Shown here one piece after another: positions 1 through 11,364 of a stretch of DNA of 64,000 bases. The notes under the pieces were generated by a model. It was not told where the DNA came from, made no database searches, and saw only the letters and a list, made by a program, of their open reading frames with translations. Origin of the DNA: Octopus sinensis (taxonomy: Eukaryota); assembly GCF_006345805.1 (NCBI RefSeq), contig NC_043003.1, positions 7,502,001 through 7,566,000 of the forward strand, in the 5' to 3' direction. How positions within the stretch are numbered: the first letter of the stretch is position 1; each line of letters begins with the position of its first letter. A program made the position numbers and the translations under genes.

Positions 1-1690
1 TGGCTTAAGCTGAGAACCACTGACCAGATCTGTGTCTGGTGCAAAGTCCCCTCTCGACCTAGAATAACGTGGTGGTGGAACAATGTTGTAGACAGAGCTA
101 TTAGAGAAAAGAGACAGGCTTGGAAGGACTGGAAGAATGGTGGTAGCAGGGAATTGTAACAGACAGCCAAAAGAGAAGCTAGGAGACAGGTATATTTAGC
201 CAGAAGGGAAGCAGATAAGAAAAAATTTGCCAATGCTCTGTGCCGTGAGGACCAAAGACTTGAGGTATTCCGTGTTGCAAGACAGTGTGTGAGAGGGAAT
301 CGTGATGTGGTAGGAGAGAAATGTGTTTGCATGGATGATGGCTCACTTGCGCTGAATGAGGATGCAAAGAGAGAGGTTTGGAGACACCATTATGAGAGGC
401 TGCTAAATAAGGAAAATGAATGGGATAAAGAGAGTCTGTCGAATGTCGACCCAACAGAGGGACCAGCTATCTAATGTGACAGTTCCTTAGAAGTTAAGGC
501 AATTAGAAGCATGAAGACAGGTAAAGCCCCAGGCCCATCAGGAATTACTGCAGAGATGCTTAAAATATCTGGTAGTGTCGGCTATAGCCTAGTCACCCAT
601 ATAGTTAACCAAGTGATACACGAAGGAGTCACACCCAATGACTGGTGTAGCAGCATAATAGTCAACTGCTACAAAGGTAAAGGTGACACTTTAGATACAA
701 ATAATTGCAGAGGTATCAAGCTGTTGGATCAGGTAATGAAGGTTACAGAGAGGGTCATAGCCCAACTGATTAGGGAAAGAGTTAGCTTGGATGAGATGCA
801 GTTTGGTTTCATGCCAGGGAAAAGCACCACTGATGCCATATTTCTGGTGAGACAGCCGCAATACCTAGCCAAAGATAACCCCCTGTACCTGGCTTTCGTT
901 GACATGGAGAAAGCCTTTGACTGGGTCCTCTTATCCCTTATCTGGTGGTTAATGAGGAAACTAGGGATAGATGAATGGTTAGTGAGAGCTGTGCAAGCCA
1001 TGTACAGAGATGATGTAAGTAAGGTGAGGGTTGGCAATGAGTACACTGAAGAATTCAGGGTAGAGGTAGGGGTCCACCAAGGTTCAGTCTTCAGCCCCCT
1101 CCTATTTATCATAGTCCTCCAGGCAATAACGGAGGAATTCAAGACAGGATGCCCCTGGGAGCTCCAATATACTGATGACCTTGCTCTAATTGCTGAGTCA
1201 CTATCAGAACTAGAGGCAAAGTTTCAAGTGTGGAGACAAGGATTAGAATCGAAGGGCCTTAACATCAACCTAGCTAAAACCAAAGTCCTAATATGTAGGA
1301 AGGCAGGTAAATCACAAACGCCTTCAGGTAGATGGCACTGCTCGATCTGTAGAAAAGGTGTAGGTAGAAACTCTATAAGATGCACCAAGTGTAAGCTATG
1401 GACACATAAGAGGTGCAGCAATGTCAAAGGAAGGCTAACTGGGAAGATAGTTTTTGTATGTGGCAGATGCTCAGGAGCAATAAACACTGAAAATGCTCAG
1501 AGACCAACTTCTGCCACATTCCAGGGAGAAAAACTAGAAATTGTTGATAGCTTCCATTACCTAGGTGACCAAATCAGTAGCGGGGGTGGATGTACTTAAA
1601 GTGTAACTGCTAGAGTAAGAATAGCCTGGGCAAAGTTCAGAGAGCTCTTACCTCTGCTGGTGACAAAAGGCCTCTCGCTCAGAGTAAAAG
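1..1690 (+). mobile_element. Defective RTE-clade non-LTR retrotransposon (ORF2: RT plus PHD-like finger), antisense in a CNDP2 intron
   Basis: ORF 511-1599 has RT motifs (KAPGPSG, QFGFMPGKSTTDAIF, AFVDMEKAFD, GVHQGSVFSPLLF, YTDD). In-frame stops at about 472 and 1597 and a small deletion near 855. Sequence diverges from the element after about 1690. Confidence 0.92.
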
Positions 1691-2049
1691 GCGACACAAA
1701 CCCTACTTGTGAAGACTTGTTGAGGCAAATGAAAATCAAAATCAAAATCGATCAACATCAATGGAAATTGTAGCTGTGATACCAGTGCCGGTGGCACATA
1801 AGTGAACCATCCGAACTGTGGGATGACGTCAGCAGCTGGACGTCAGCAGCCGGGTGCGTTGACCGGAAGCTGGGGCAAGCGGAAATTGCGCCCTTTCCAA
1901 CGTGGGTCGTGCAGGTGACAAGACGTGTGAGGACATCGTTAAGGGTTTGGGCTAGCAGCTGCTATCGTTAGTGTTTGGGTCGGGGCTGTGAGGAAGGACT
2001 AGTCATCACTGGAGGGTCTCCGTCACTAAGAAGAGAAGGTAGGTGCCTC

Positions 2050-2372
2050 TATATTCAAATCGCACACTCACTACAAGAACCATCCAAATGTGGCTGTTTC
2101 CAGCGCCGCCCCGACTGGCCTCCATGCCGGTGGCACGTAAAAAGCACCATCCGATTGTGGCTGTTTGCCAGCCTCGTCTGGCACCTGTGCAGGTGGCATG
2201 TAAAAAGCACCCACTACACTCACGGAGTGGTTGGCGTTAGGAAGGGCATCGGCTGTAGAAACACTGCCAGATCAGACTGGGCCTGGCGCAGCCTTCTGGC
2301 TTCCCAGACCCCAGTTGAACCGTCCAACCCATGCTAGCATGGAAAGCGGACGTTAAACGATGATGATGATGA
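2050..2372 (+). mobile_element. SINE or RTE 3' end family with GGAAGGGCATC..CTGTAGAAAC core and (GAT)n tail; many other copies
   Basis: Ends ATGCTAGCATGGAAAGCGGACGTTAAACGATGATGAT. Related copies at about 6320-6540, 32890-33130(-), 35285-35700(-), 38185-38500(-), 49170-49540, 50530-50780(-) and 58140-58430(-). Confidence 0.8.
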
Positions 2373-2935
2373 AATCTATAATGTATCAATTTGAAAGCTC
2401 ATTCATTATCAGCCATGGAAAGAAGCACAAGTACACAATAATCTCATCTTTTTATATAAAAATGGATTACAGTTTAATCTTATCTGATATAATTCTTATC
2501 AATAACAGACAGAAAAAATGAAAGTGAATTAAAGGATGAGATAACAACTTGTGTCTTACTTTTAAATTGAGAGGAAGGTCAATTTTCTGGTTTTGATATG
2601 CTTCAATAGCATTCAGCCAACCAAGAACTGGTCCCTGAAATTATAAAGAAATAACAGTCAAACTGAAGTATGGTACCCTGTATCCTGTAGTTCCAGGTTC
2701 AATTCCATGGGGCAAATGTCATCTGTTACTGACTTAGGGCATTGTCACCATCATTACCATCTTTATTGCTGTTGCCATGATTATTTTCAGCATGGAACAT
2801 GAATGTTTTTAAATGACTATTCCTAAATCCAACAATATATATACTTATATATATAACATTCTATAACATAGACTAGGAAGAATTTAGCAATAAACTTACT
2901 TAGAATCAAAGTACCCCAATATTAAGGCAGCTTAC

Positions 2936-3016
2936 CTTATCGTCAGAAGTTCCTCTCCCATATAACTTGCCATCAATTTCTGTTAAAAGGAATGGATCTG
3001 TATCCCAGCCATCAGA
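2936..3016 (-). CDS. CNDP2: CNDP2-like dipeptidase, coding exon 4 ([27 protein letters not shown])
   Basis: M20 family motif GKLYGRGxxDDK. Acceptor ttattag, donor GTAAG, phase 0/0, 81 nt. Confidence 0.93.
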
Positions 3017-3484
3017 CTAATAAAGAGAAAAGAAATCACAAATTTAATGATTATTTAATAATTAATTAATGTCATAAGTTAAACAGTGAGAATCTGTAGC
3101 GTCACAGAACCCTGTCCTTTAATAACGATAATTACAACAACAATGACAATAACAAAGTCTTACATTCTAAGTATAGTAGCTCTGTCTATGCTCCGGAAAA
3201 GCAATAGATCAGGACCTGAAGATTAAATAGAGTCAAGGATTGACAAAGATATGATTAATCTTTTGAATTTAGTAAATGATACCAGATAGGAAAAAGATCT
3301 TCTGTAGCGAAACAACTATTCAGGGCTAAAATAATTCTTAGAAAAGAGAAAACCCTCTCGATATAGATTTGGCAATTCTGTTTTGCCTCAAATGTGTCGT
3401 TGAAGCAGAAACACTTCTTGCATCAAAGAGATAGAAAGGGATAAAAGTACTTTAGATATTAAAATTTCAGCCTCCCCCAAACAC

Positions 3485-3532
<48 letters not shown>

Positions 3533-3915
3533 GATAATGACGATATATATATAAGATAAAAACTTACTTGGAAAAAGATGCATGGCTTTCGATCAAATAA
3601 TAATATAAATGATATATAAACATATGCATATATACATACATGTTTGTACATACCTACATCTATATGTATATATACATGCATATATGGTTACAGGACATCC
3701 AAAAAATGTTGAACATAATGAGAAACTAAAACATAAAAACAAAAACATGGAAACAAACTTTTTTTTCAAACAACGAAAGAACAGAGTACAAGACATACAA
3801 CACAAGGAATATTCCCCTTCTTCAGTTGTCCCTGTTTCGTCTACTCCGCATTTCGAAGGTAAGGACAACCTTACCTTCGAAACACAGAGTAGACACATAT
3901 TCAGCATATTATTAT

Positions 3916-3953
<38 letters not shown>

Positions 3954-4005
3954 TAATAATAATAATTAGAAGAAGAAGAATATAAAAAAGGCATTTTCCA
4001 CCCAC

Positions 4006-4176
4006 CTTATTAGCTGGTTGAACATCAACATGTCCATATGCTAACAAGGTTTTCTTTTTAGGATCATTACCAAGTTGTCCAAAAATCACAGGAGGAAGTT
4101 TAAGGACTCCTGAGGATGGGAGGACTTGATCTCCAAGTTCCAGTAATTCAGTTTGAATATTGAGTTTATCCATTTC
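4006..4176 (-). CDS. CNDP2: CNDP2-like dipeptidase, coding exon 3 (EMDKL...PPVIFGQLGNDPKKKTLLAYGHVDVQPANK)
   Basis: Metal-ligand motif YGHxDVQP. AG acceptor at 4178-4177, GT donor at 4005-4004, 171 nt. Confidence 0.94.
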
Positions 4177-4243
4177 CTTTCAAATATAACACAACATCAT
4201 TATATTAAAACACCTTTATGGTTGGACAATACAGAGAGGGTGC

Positions 4244-4495
4244 AGGAGTGGCTGTGTGGTAAGTAGCTTGCTTACCAACCACATGGTTCCGGGTTCATTC
4301 CCACTGCGTGGCACCTTGGGCAAGTGTCTTCTACTATAGACTCAGTCTGGCCAAAGCCTTGTGAGTGGATTTGGTAGAAGGAAACTGAAAGAAGTCTGTC
4401 GTATATATGTATATATATGTATATGTGTGTATATGTTTGTGTGTCTGTGTTTGTCCCCCCAACATCGCTTGACAACCGATGGTGGTGTGTTTCTA
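4244..4495 (+). mobile_element. Abundant tRNA-derived SINE (GGAGTGGCTGTGTGGTAAGTAGCTTGC head, GCACCTTGGGCAAGTG core)
   Basis: Near-identical copies at about 16186-16490, 25254-25630, 26060-26510(-), 43900-44210, 48610-48905(-), 57195-57620(-) and 60895-61270(-). Confidence 0.85.
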
Positions 4496-4929
4496 TACAT
4501 ATACATATACATATATATATATATAGTTTGTGGATTTGCTCCCCACACTTAACACATAATAGTATGAAAATGTAAAGATACATCTTTTTCCACCTCTGAT
4601 GAGATTCAAATGTTTTTAATTATATTAATTAATTTCTAAAGTCTTGAATTGAAACAGCTGTCAGAGATGATTATCCAGTTTTGTAATTAATAAATAGTTA
4701 TTAATTTAATTATCTCTGTTTTCTTATTTTCTTGAAAATATATATAAAACCCAGTTTATCCAATTACCATACAGTTGAAAATTAAATGTAATATTCAGTG
4801 GGATTGAGCCAAAAACCACATTTTTACGGAGCAAGCTTTTCAACCACACAGCCATGACTGTTTAGCCTAAATAACACTAAAAATGATAAAAAAAAGTAAT
4901 ATAAATTTATTAAAAATAATTTCTCTTAC

Positions 4930-5053
4930 GGCTTTTGTCCATTCAACCATTCTTCTAACTTCTGGCCTCAGTTTCACAGATGCTGACACACTAGGAATGG
5001 CCACAGCAGTGCCAAGCCGTTTGATAAAACGGTCAGCATTATCATCGATGTAC
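4930..5053 (-). CDS. CNDP2: CNDP2-like dipeptidase, coding exon 2 (YIDDNADRFIKRLGTAVAIPSVSASVKLRPEVRRMVEWTKA)
   Basis: Resembles the CNDP2 N-terminus as recalled ([26 protein letters not shown]). Acceptor ttattcag, donor GTAAG, phase 2/0. Confidence 0.92.
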
Positions 5054-6890
5054 CTGAATAAGAAATCAAACAATAATCTATGTAATATCGATAATCCATA
5101 CAAGTTATGTGTGCTTGTGTATGTATATGTATGTGTGCATATGTGTGTGTAAAATGAAAAGGTGAAGAAATTCCAAGAGTCACAATTATATTAAAAACAA
5201 AGAAGAAAATGCACAGAAATCTTTATGATTAAAATGGAGAGTTTATATATCCAACCGGTTTCAGATTTTTAATGATAATCATAATTTGTAGCTAATGATC
5301 TGATAATTTCATCATTTCATTACTAGATGTTGCTGGTTATAACAGAGACAATAAAAAATAACTGCTGTTAACAATAACAGGGAGGTAATAAATGAAATAT
5401 TTAATTTTCATTCTTAATAATAACAATGGTTTCAAATTTTTGCACAAGGCCAGCAAATTTGATCACATTGCCTTCCCATCTTCAGTATTCAACTGGTACT
5501 CTTTTTATCAAGAACTGAAAGGATGAAAGGCAGAGTCAACCTTGGTGGAATTTGAACTCAGAATGTGAAGCACTTTAAGAAATGTGACTAAATGTTTTGT
5601 CCAATGTGCTAATAAATTTGCCAGCTTTAATATGACCATGATGATGATATTAAGAAGTTCACTTTTCAACTACATGGTTCCAGGTTCAATTCTGCTGTGT
5701 GACACCTTGGGCAAATGTCTCATATCACAGTAATATCTTTATTAGTTTAACGTCCATATTTCCAAGCAAGGTAATATTTCCCCTGGCAATGAGGGGCACT
5801 GCTTGTATGACATGTTGTTCAGTGTGTATATAACATTAGTTAGAGAACTTCCCGCTAGGCAGTTTTTATTTCCTCTCAATTGTCTTTCTTCGAAATTATA
5901 ATTTCCCCTCTCTCTGACTATCACCACCTCTTTCACATACAACTGTTATCCCTCCCATTTCTGTTTCACAGTTTCATCTGTCACATGTAGTAGTAGTAGT
6001 AGTTGTAGTAATAGTAGTAGTAGTATGGGAGGGCATGTGCTGTAACAGCATGCTGCTGCATCCACAGATGGCTCCTTTGCATTACTCAGGCGATAACCCA
6101 CGGGTCTGTTTGGGTAGTTGTTGCTGATGAGATTTTTATGAGGTCGGAGAAGTTCTACGTCAACCTCTTATAGTTGCCTTTTATGACAGGCAGAGGAAAT
6201 GTTGGCTCTATCCTTTGACATGCTGGTCCCCACACAGCATTAGAACAATGTGAGAAGAAATGTTTTGCCCTAGAACACAACATGCTGCCTGGTCAGGGAC
6301 TCGAATCCACAATTTGCCAGTACCGCCTGACTGGCCCTCATGCCGGTGGCACATAAAAGCACCCACTACACTGTCAGAGTGGTTGGCGTTAGGAAGGGCA
6401 TTCAGCTGTAGAAACTCTGTCAGATCAGATTGGAGTGTGGTGAAGCCATCTGGTTCGCCAGACCTCAGTCAAATCGTCCGACCCATGCTAGCATGGAAAG
6501 CAGACGTCAAACGATGATGATGATGATGATGATGATGATAACAGAATTGAAGCCACATCACGTCCGATGACATAATGGTACATGCTCAAGGCTGGTTTGC
6601 TATCTAAAACTCCAACTTGAGCTGCAACTAAAAGCACAGATGTCATGGCTATCAAATGACAATTGGCTATAGGTATTTTGTCAAGAGAGTATGTGCATGC
6701 ATAACTGAATGACAGTCCACCCAGGCAAAAGAACTGGTATCTGGTTAGATTATAGCATTTATATCTTTAAAAATGATGGTTACGTTGTTACATGAGCACA
6801 GACCTTACATTTTTACACCCTTCGTTCTTGTGATCCTCCTCCCTCTCTATCTCTCTCTCTCTCACACACACACACACATACACACATACA

Positions 6891-7070
6891 TACGAGAGGG
6901 CGCTAAAAAGTTCTTGCCTTTGGGTAAAAGAAAATAGAGGAGGATCAGTTAATTATAATTTTATTCAACATGTTCCCCTCTCAGATTTACACACCTATTG
7001 CAGTGGCCCTTCAGTTTTTCTAAGCCCTGTATAAGAACTCGGAAGGTTGGGCCTCCAAACAAGCCTTTCC
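6891..7070 (+). mobile_element. Mariner-like terminal fragment
   Basis: TA-CGAGAGGGCGCTAAAAAGTT start resembles mariner TIRs of the TACGAGGG...AAAAAGTT type. No partner TIR seen. Confidence 0.45.
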
Positions 7071-7119
7071 CTTAAGCCAGGGACTTTTCAGCACCCAATA
7101 ATATCTCTTTTACTCTTTT

Positions 7120-7460
7120 ACTTGTGTGTGTGTGTGCCTGTTCTGTTTTTATGTATCTATTGGTTGTGCAATGTAGATAAAACGAAATTATGCCAGCAAT
7201 GTCGCATTTTAAACTCGAAGGAAAAAAAGGCCTTGCATATTTGTTCTTATCTGCTTCATGTGTTTATGTAAAATCAGAAAAGAAAGACAGTGAGGACGCC
7301 GTATCAGTAATGGTAGACCTCAAGTTTGAAATGTGACATTGCTGCTATAATTTCGTTACATCTACATTGCACAACACATAGATACATAAAGACAGAACAC
7401 GCGCGCGCGCGCGCACACACACACACACACTGAGGAACAAGCATGCACACACGCACACAC
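7120..7460. repeat. Long-TIR foldback or MITE-like element in CNDP2 intron 1
   Basis: 7137-7210 is an imperfect reverse complement of 7330-7398. The internal CCTTGCATATTTGTTCTTATCTGCTTCATGTGT recurs at about 29411-29443. Confidence 0.7.
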
Positions 7461-7523
7461 ACACAGAGGAAGAAGAACGTGAGTGATTGATTGATTGAGA
7501 GAGAGAGAGGGACGTTACGCTCT

Positions 7524-7559
<36 letters not shown>

Positions 7560-8434
7560 GGATAGCCAACATTTGTTTATAGTGAACAAAAGTCTGTAGA
7601 GTACATTAGCTCACTCCCTCCATCAGATCGATGTTACCTGAACAGGTGCACGGTGTATCACACTGTCAGGTGTTGGAGTGATCGTAGAGCAACGTGAAAC
7701 GATGTTTTTTCGCTGAAGAACACAACACACCACTCGGTCCCGAAAGTGAAACCGCGACCCCGCGATCCTAAGTGCTTCATCCAAACCACTAGGTCACGCA
7801 CCCTCGCACACATGTATGCACGCGCACATATATACCACGGGCTGCATCCAGTTTCTGTTTACCAAATCGACTCAAAAGATTTTGGTCAAACCAGAGCTGG
7901 AGTAAAAGACATTTGGCCAAAGTGCCACGCAGTGGGACCGAACCTGAAGACCGTACGGTTGGAAAGCAAACTTCTTAACCACACACCCACCCACCCTTGC
8001 GTCTAATATACACATTTGTTAATTACATTTTGAGACAGCACGACCTACTTTCAACTGATTATCTCTTTAAAAGTTGGAATCTCTCAAATTAGAATTTTAA
8101 AAAAGTAAGGCGTTTTTTTTTTCGCATTTGGTTGCTTACTTTTTAATCACAAGCACAATCTAATTTCATTTTAAAATTGATAAAATATATTTGAATAAAA
8201 TATAAAGACTTAAATTTCAGGGACACTGAAATAAAATGCCGTTAAATTTTTGAAGAAAATTATTTATAAATCAGACAAATCTGCCTCAAATGACAACCTG
8301 TTCTCTGAACAAAAGACGAGGTATAACTGAGCGAAATGTCATGACGGAAGGTAAACTAGGTGAGAAGAAGGCTGACAAAACAATTACGTTAACGGTGATA
8401 GCAATAACATACTTGTAAGATTTAATAAACTTAC

Positions 8435-8451
8435 TTGAAAACGGGTTCCAT
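8435..8451 (-). CDS. CNDP2: CNDP2-like dipeptidase, first coding exon (MEPVF-AA|G)
   Basis: ATG at 8451 and perfect GTAAGT donor. The phase 2 end joins exon 2 to give MEPVFKYIDDNADRF. Polypyrimidine-CAG acceptor just upstream, so the exon starts at 8483. Confidence 0.78.
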
Positions 8452-8522
8452 TGTGAAGTGTGAAGAGACAGACACAGCGGAAACTGTGGAGAAATAGAAA
8501 AAAAGAAACGATTAAAGTGTTT

Positions 8523-8897
8523 AGAGAGAGGGAGAGAGACAGAGGGGAGAGGAAGAGAGACAGAGGGGAGAGGAAGAGAGACAGAGGGGAGAGGGAGAGA
8601 GACAGAGGGGAGAGGAAGAGAGACAGAGAGGAGAGGAAGAGAGACAGAGGGGAGAGGAAGAGAGACAGAGAGGAGAGAAAGAGAGATAGAGGGGAGAGGA
8701 AGAGAGACAGAGGGGAGAGGAAGAGAGACAGAGGGGAGAGGAAGAGAGACAGAGGGGAGAGGAAGAGAGACAGAGGGGAGAGGAGAGAGACAGAGGGGAG
8801 AGGGAGAGAGACAGAGGGGAGAGGAAGAGAGACAGAGAGGAGAGGGAGAGAGACAGAGGGGAGAGGGAGAGAGACAGAGGGGAGAGGGAGAGAGAGT
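8523..8897. repeat. 21-bp polypurine minisatellite (GAAGAGAGACAGAGGGGAGAG), about 17 copies
   Basis: Visible directly. Produces the spurious ERKRDRG and SLPLPSV 7-aa repeat ORFs. Confidence 0.95.
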
Positions 8898-8959
8898 ATG
8901 TCTGTCTTGGCGGGTAGACAGAGAAGCATTAAAAAAAAAGATACGATGCATGTGAGGGC

Positions 8960-9165
8960 CGCAAACTTCGACTCTGATAACATCTTGCAAAGATGTCACT
9001 GCCCTTTTTTGAGTTTCTTGCCTAGATATCGGCTCATCCGTGATCTCGGTGAGCCAGAGGTCAAGTTTATATTTGAAATCGTCTACATCCACTCCATGAA
9101 GGCTCCTCAGATGCTTCGGCAGACAATTAAACAGCTGTGGGTCTCTGGAACCCAAGTTGTTGCAG
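8960..9165 (-). mobile_element. CR1-group (Crack/Daphne-like) LINE ORF2 C-terminal fragment
   Basis: PQLFNCLPKHLRSLHGVDVDDFKYKLDLWLTEITDEP resembles the C-terminus of CR1-group ORF2. Confidence 0.7.
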
Positions 9166-9639
9166 TACATGTATATATTAATAGTAATGGTAAGACAACA
9201 AAAGAATGAAAGAGACCTCGATATTATGTGAATAGAGGAAATTTATCTGTAAATATAATATGTAACAATTATTTGGCAGCCAAGATAAAACTCCGACATC
9301 CGAAACTCGGAGTTTCATCATGGCTACCGAATAATTGTCACATATTATATTTACACACACACATATATATATAAATATATATAATACATACACCAACCCC
9401 ATACATACGCACGTCCAGACCAATCTTACGCACTAATACTCTCTCATACACACACACACACACACACCCGTATACATACTAATACATACACCAACCCTAT
9501 ACATACACACATCCAGACCCCTCCCACGCACTTTTAGCTGGTCACTCAACCCATTTATCAACCCTATTATCTCCCCTTATTTCGCTCTCGCGTCTCATGT
9601 TTGATCTTTGACCTCTGGCCGAAATCAGATCGCCATGTT

Positions 9640-9839
9640 GATTCGTTAGCTACTGCACGCATTTTTTTTCTCTCCTTCTTTCTGTGTTTTTCTCTCTCTG
9701 TGTATCTTTCTGTTGAAGAGCGTAGGCTCGAAACGTTAAAGACTTGTTTTATTTATATTTCCTGAGCGCCATACTAATACAATTGTTCGTTTGTCTTCCA
9801 CCTGCCTTCGTCTTTTGTTTATTTTCATAAAGCTTCCCG

Positions 9840-9900
<61 letters not shown>
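9640..9900 (+). mobile_element. Penelope-like short repeat with hammerhead-like motif, ending in (TA)n
   Basis: TCTTT-CTGTTGA-A-GAGC/GTAG/GCTC-GAAAC-GTT-AAAGA at 9705-9742. Copies at 15150-15330(-), 19840-19955, 20080-20340 and 53150-53320. Confidence 0.7.
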
Positions 9901-9905
<5 letters not shown>

Positions 9906-10072
9906 AAAAAATGAAGTTCGAAAATGCTGCTATATTATACAATTTTTAATTTTTATATATACATTATAAAATAAAGAACTGTATTTCATAAAAAAATTTA
10001 GACCAAGTTTAAACACCCTGGGCCAGGAATACTAAAACAAAAGATAAGTCCTCCGAAAAGGAGAAGCAAAAT

Positions 10073-10447
10073 TGCTCGGGTTTGTAAGGGAAATAACTAT
10101 ATAAGCATTTTTAGAGAGTTTTAGCCAAAAAATAGCAAAAAAATGCATTGAAAATTGAAAAAAAATTAAGGTAAATTTTTTTTTAAATCGTTGACACATC
10201 GTAGATATTTTTAGAGAGTTACTTCCCTTATATAAAAGCGAAAAAATGCATTAAAATGGAAAAATATGATGGTAATTTTTTTTTAAATCGTAGACTCATC
10301 GTAGACGCACGCTAATACCCAGAAGGGCTCGATATGAATCACGACTATAAGATACCCGCTTTTGGTTAAACTGCACCGCAAAATGTGGGAGTAGTTAGGA
10401 ATCTAAATCGTAGGAGACAGACACACAACTTCACTCTTATATAAAGA
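10073..10447 (-). mobile_element. Short non-autonomous Helitron, 3' terminus truncated
   Basis: Minus-strand 5' end A|TCTTTATATAAGAGTGAAGTTG. About 255 bp at its 3' side are shared with the array units at 11616 onward. Confidence 0.7.
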
Positions 10448-11364
10448 TGCTTTTTTTTTTTCAGTCATAGAGTTAGATTTATGAAGGTCTTCAGTAGAAA
10501 ATCCTTTGAATTCTGACTCGCTGCTTGATATAATGAAATTCGTATCCATTTTTTGTCAGAATTACAAATTTTGAAAACACAATAGGAACAAATTTCGGAA
10601 AAAAAATCTCCCATAATTCACGGAATTGAAATTACACTTCGATTTTTGTACAAAACTGTAGTTGAAGTGTTTACGAAGTATAATACGTGTTTTCACGAAT
10701 GTACTAAAGAGATATGCTCTGATATTCTCATTTAAATATGAATAGGTAAATTCGGCCGGCTTGGTAACGAAAGGGTTAAACGGATGCATACATTTATTAA
10801 TCTCTTATTATAATAACTATATATAAGTGTCGTCTGTTTATACATAAACACTGTTTCATACTGCAATTATATATACATATATCTATATATAATATTATAT
10901 AATAAAATATATACAGAGTAAAATAAAAACCAATTTACCTTTTCTGTCCGTCCGTGTGTCATTGCAAATGTGTTGGAATGATAAGTGAGTTGTGTTTTGG
11001 CGCCTTTTTTACTAATAACAAACACACACATGTTTGTATGTAGTTGTATATGTATGTGTATGCGTGTGTGTGAGGAATGACACACACACACTCACGCACG
11101 CACACATGTACATCAATGCTCGGAGTGATATGTTAAAATATTGAGTTTTCTCGAATTTTGTCTTAATTGGTGGTAAAATTGAAAGAAATTTTTATGGCAT
11201 CACCCACTGAAGTACTCTGAAAAATCTTAGGTAAACTCTAATTGAAGAAATTGTGTATTTATTTGTTTCTGTTTGCTGTGTTTTTTTTTTTTGAGTAGTG
11301 GTTTAAATACTTTCACTTTAGTCTTCCTCAAATCACTCTGTCGCTATTTACTTTCATTTTATTC

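Noticed and set aside
3790-3850. Minus-strand CTGAAGA/CTGATGA plus hairpin here and at 15625-15665; also cores at about 36350 and 44887
   Set aside because: The GAAA strand is missing or corrupted and stem I cannot be closed in register. At most dead hammerhead relics.
8286-9209. Long ORFs of 199-294 aa on both strands
   Set aside because: Produced by the stop-free 21-bp minisatellite joined to a LINE fragment; not host genes.
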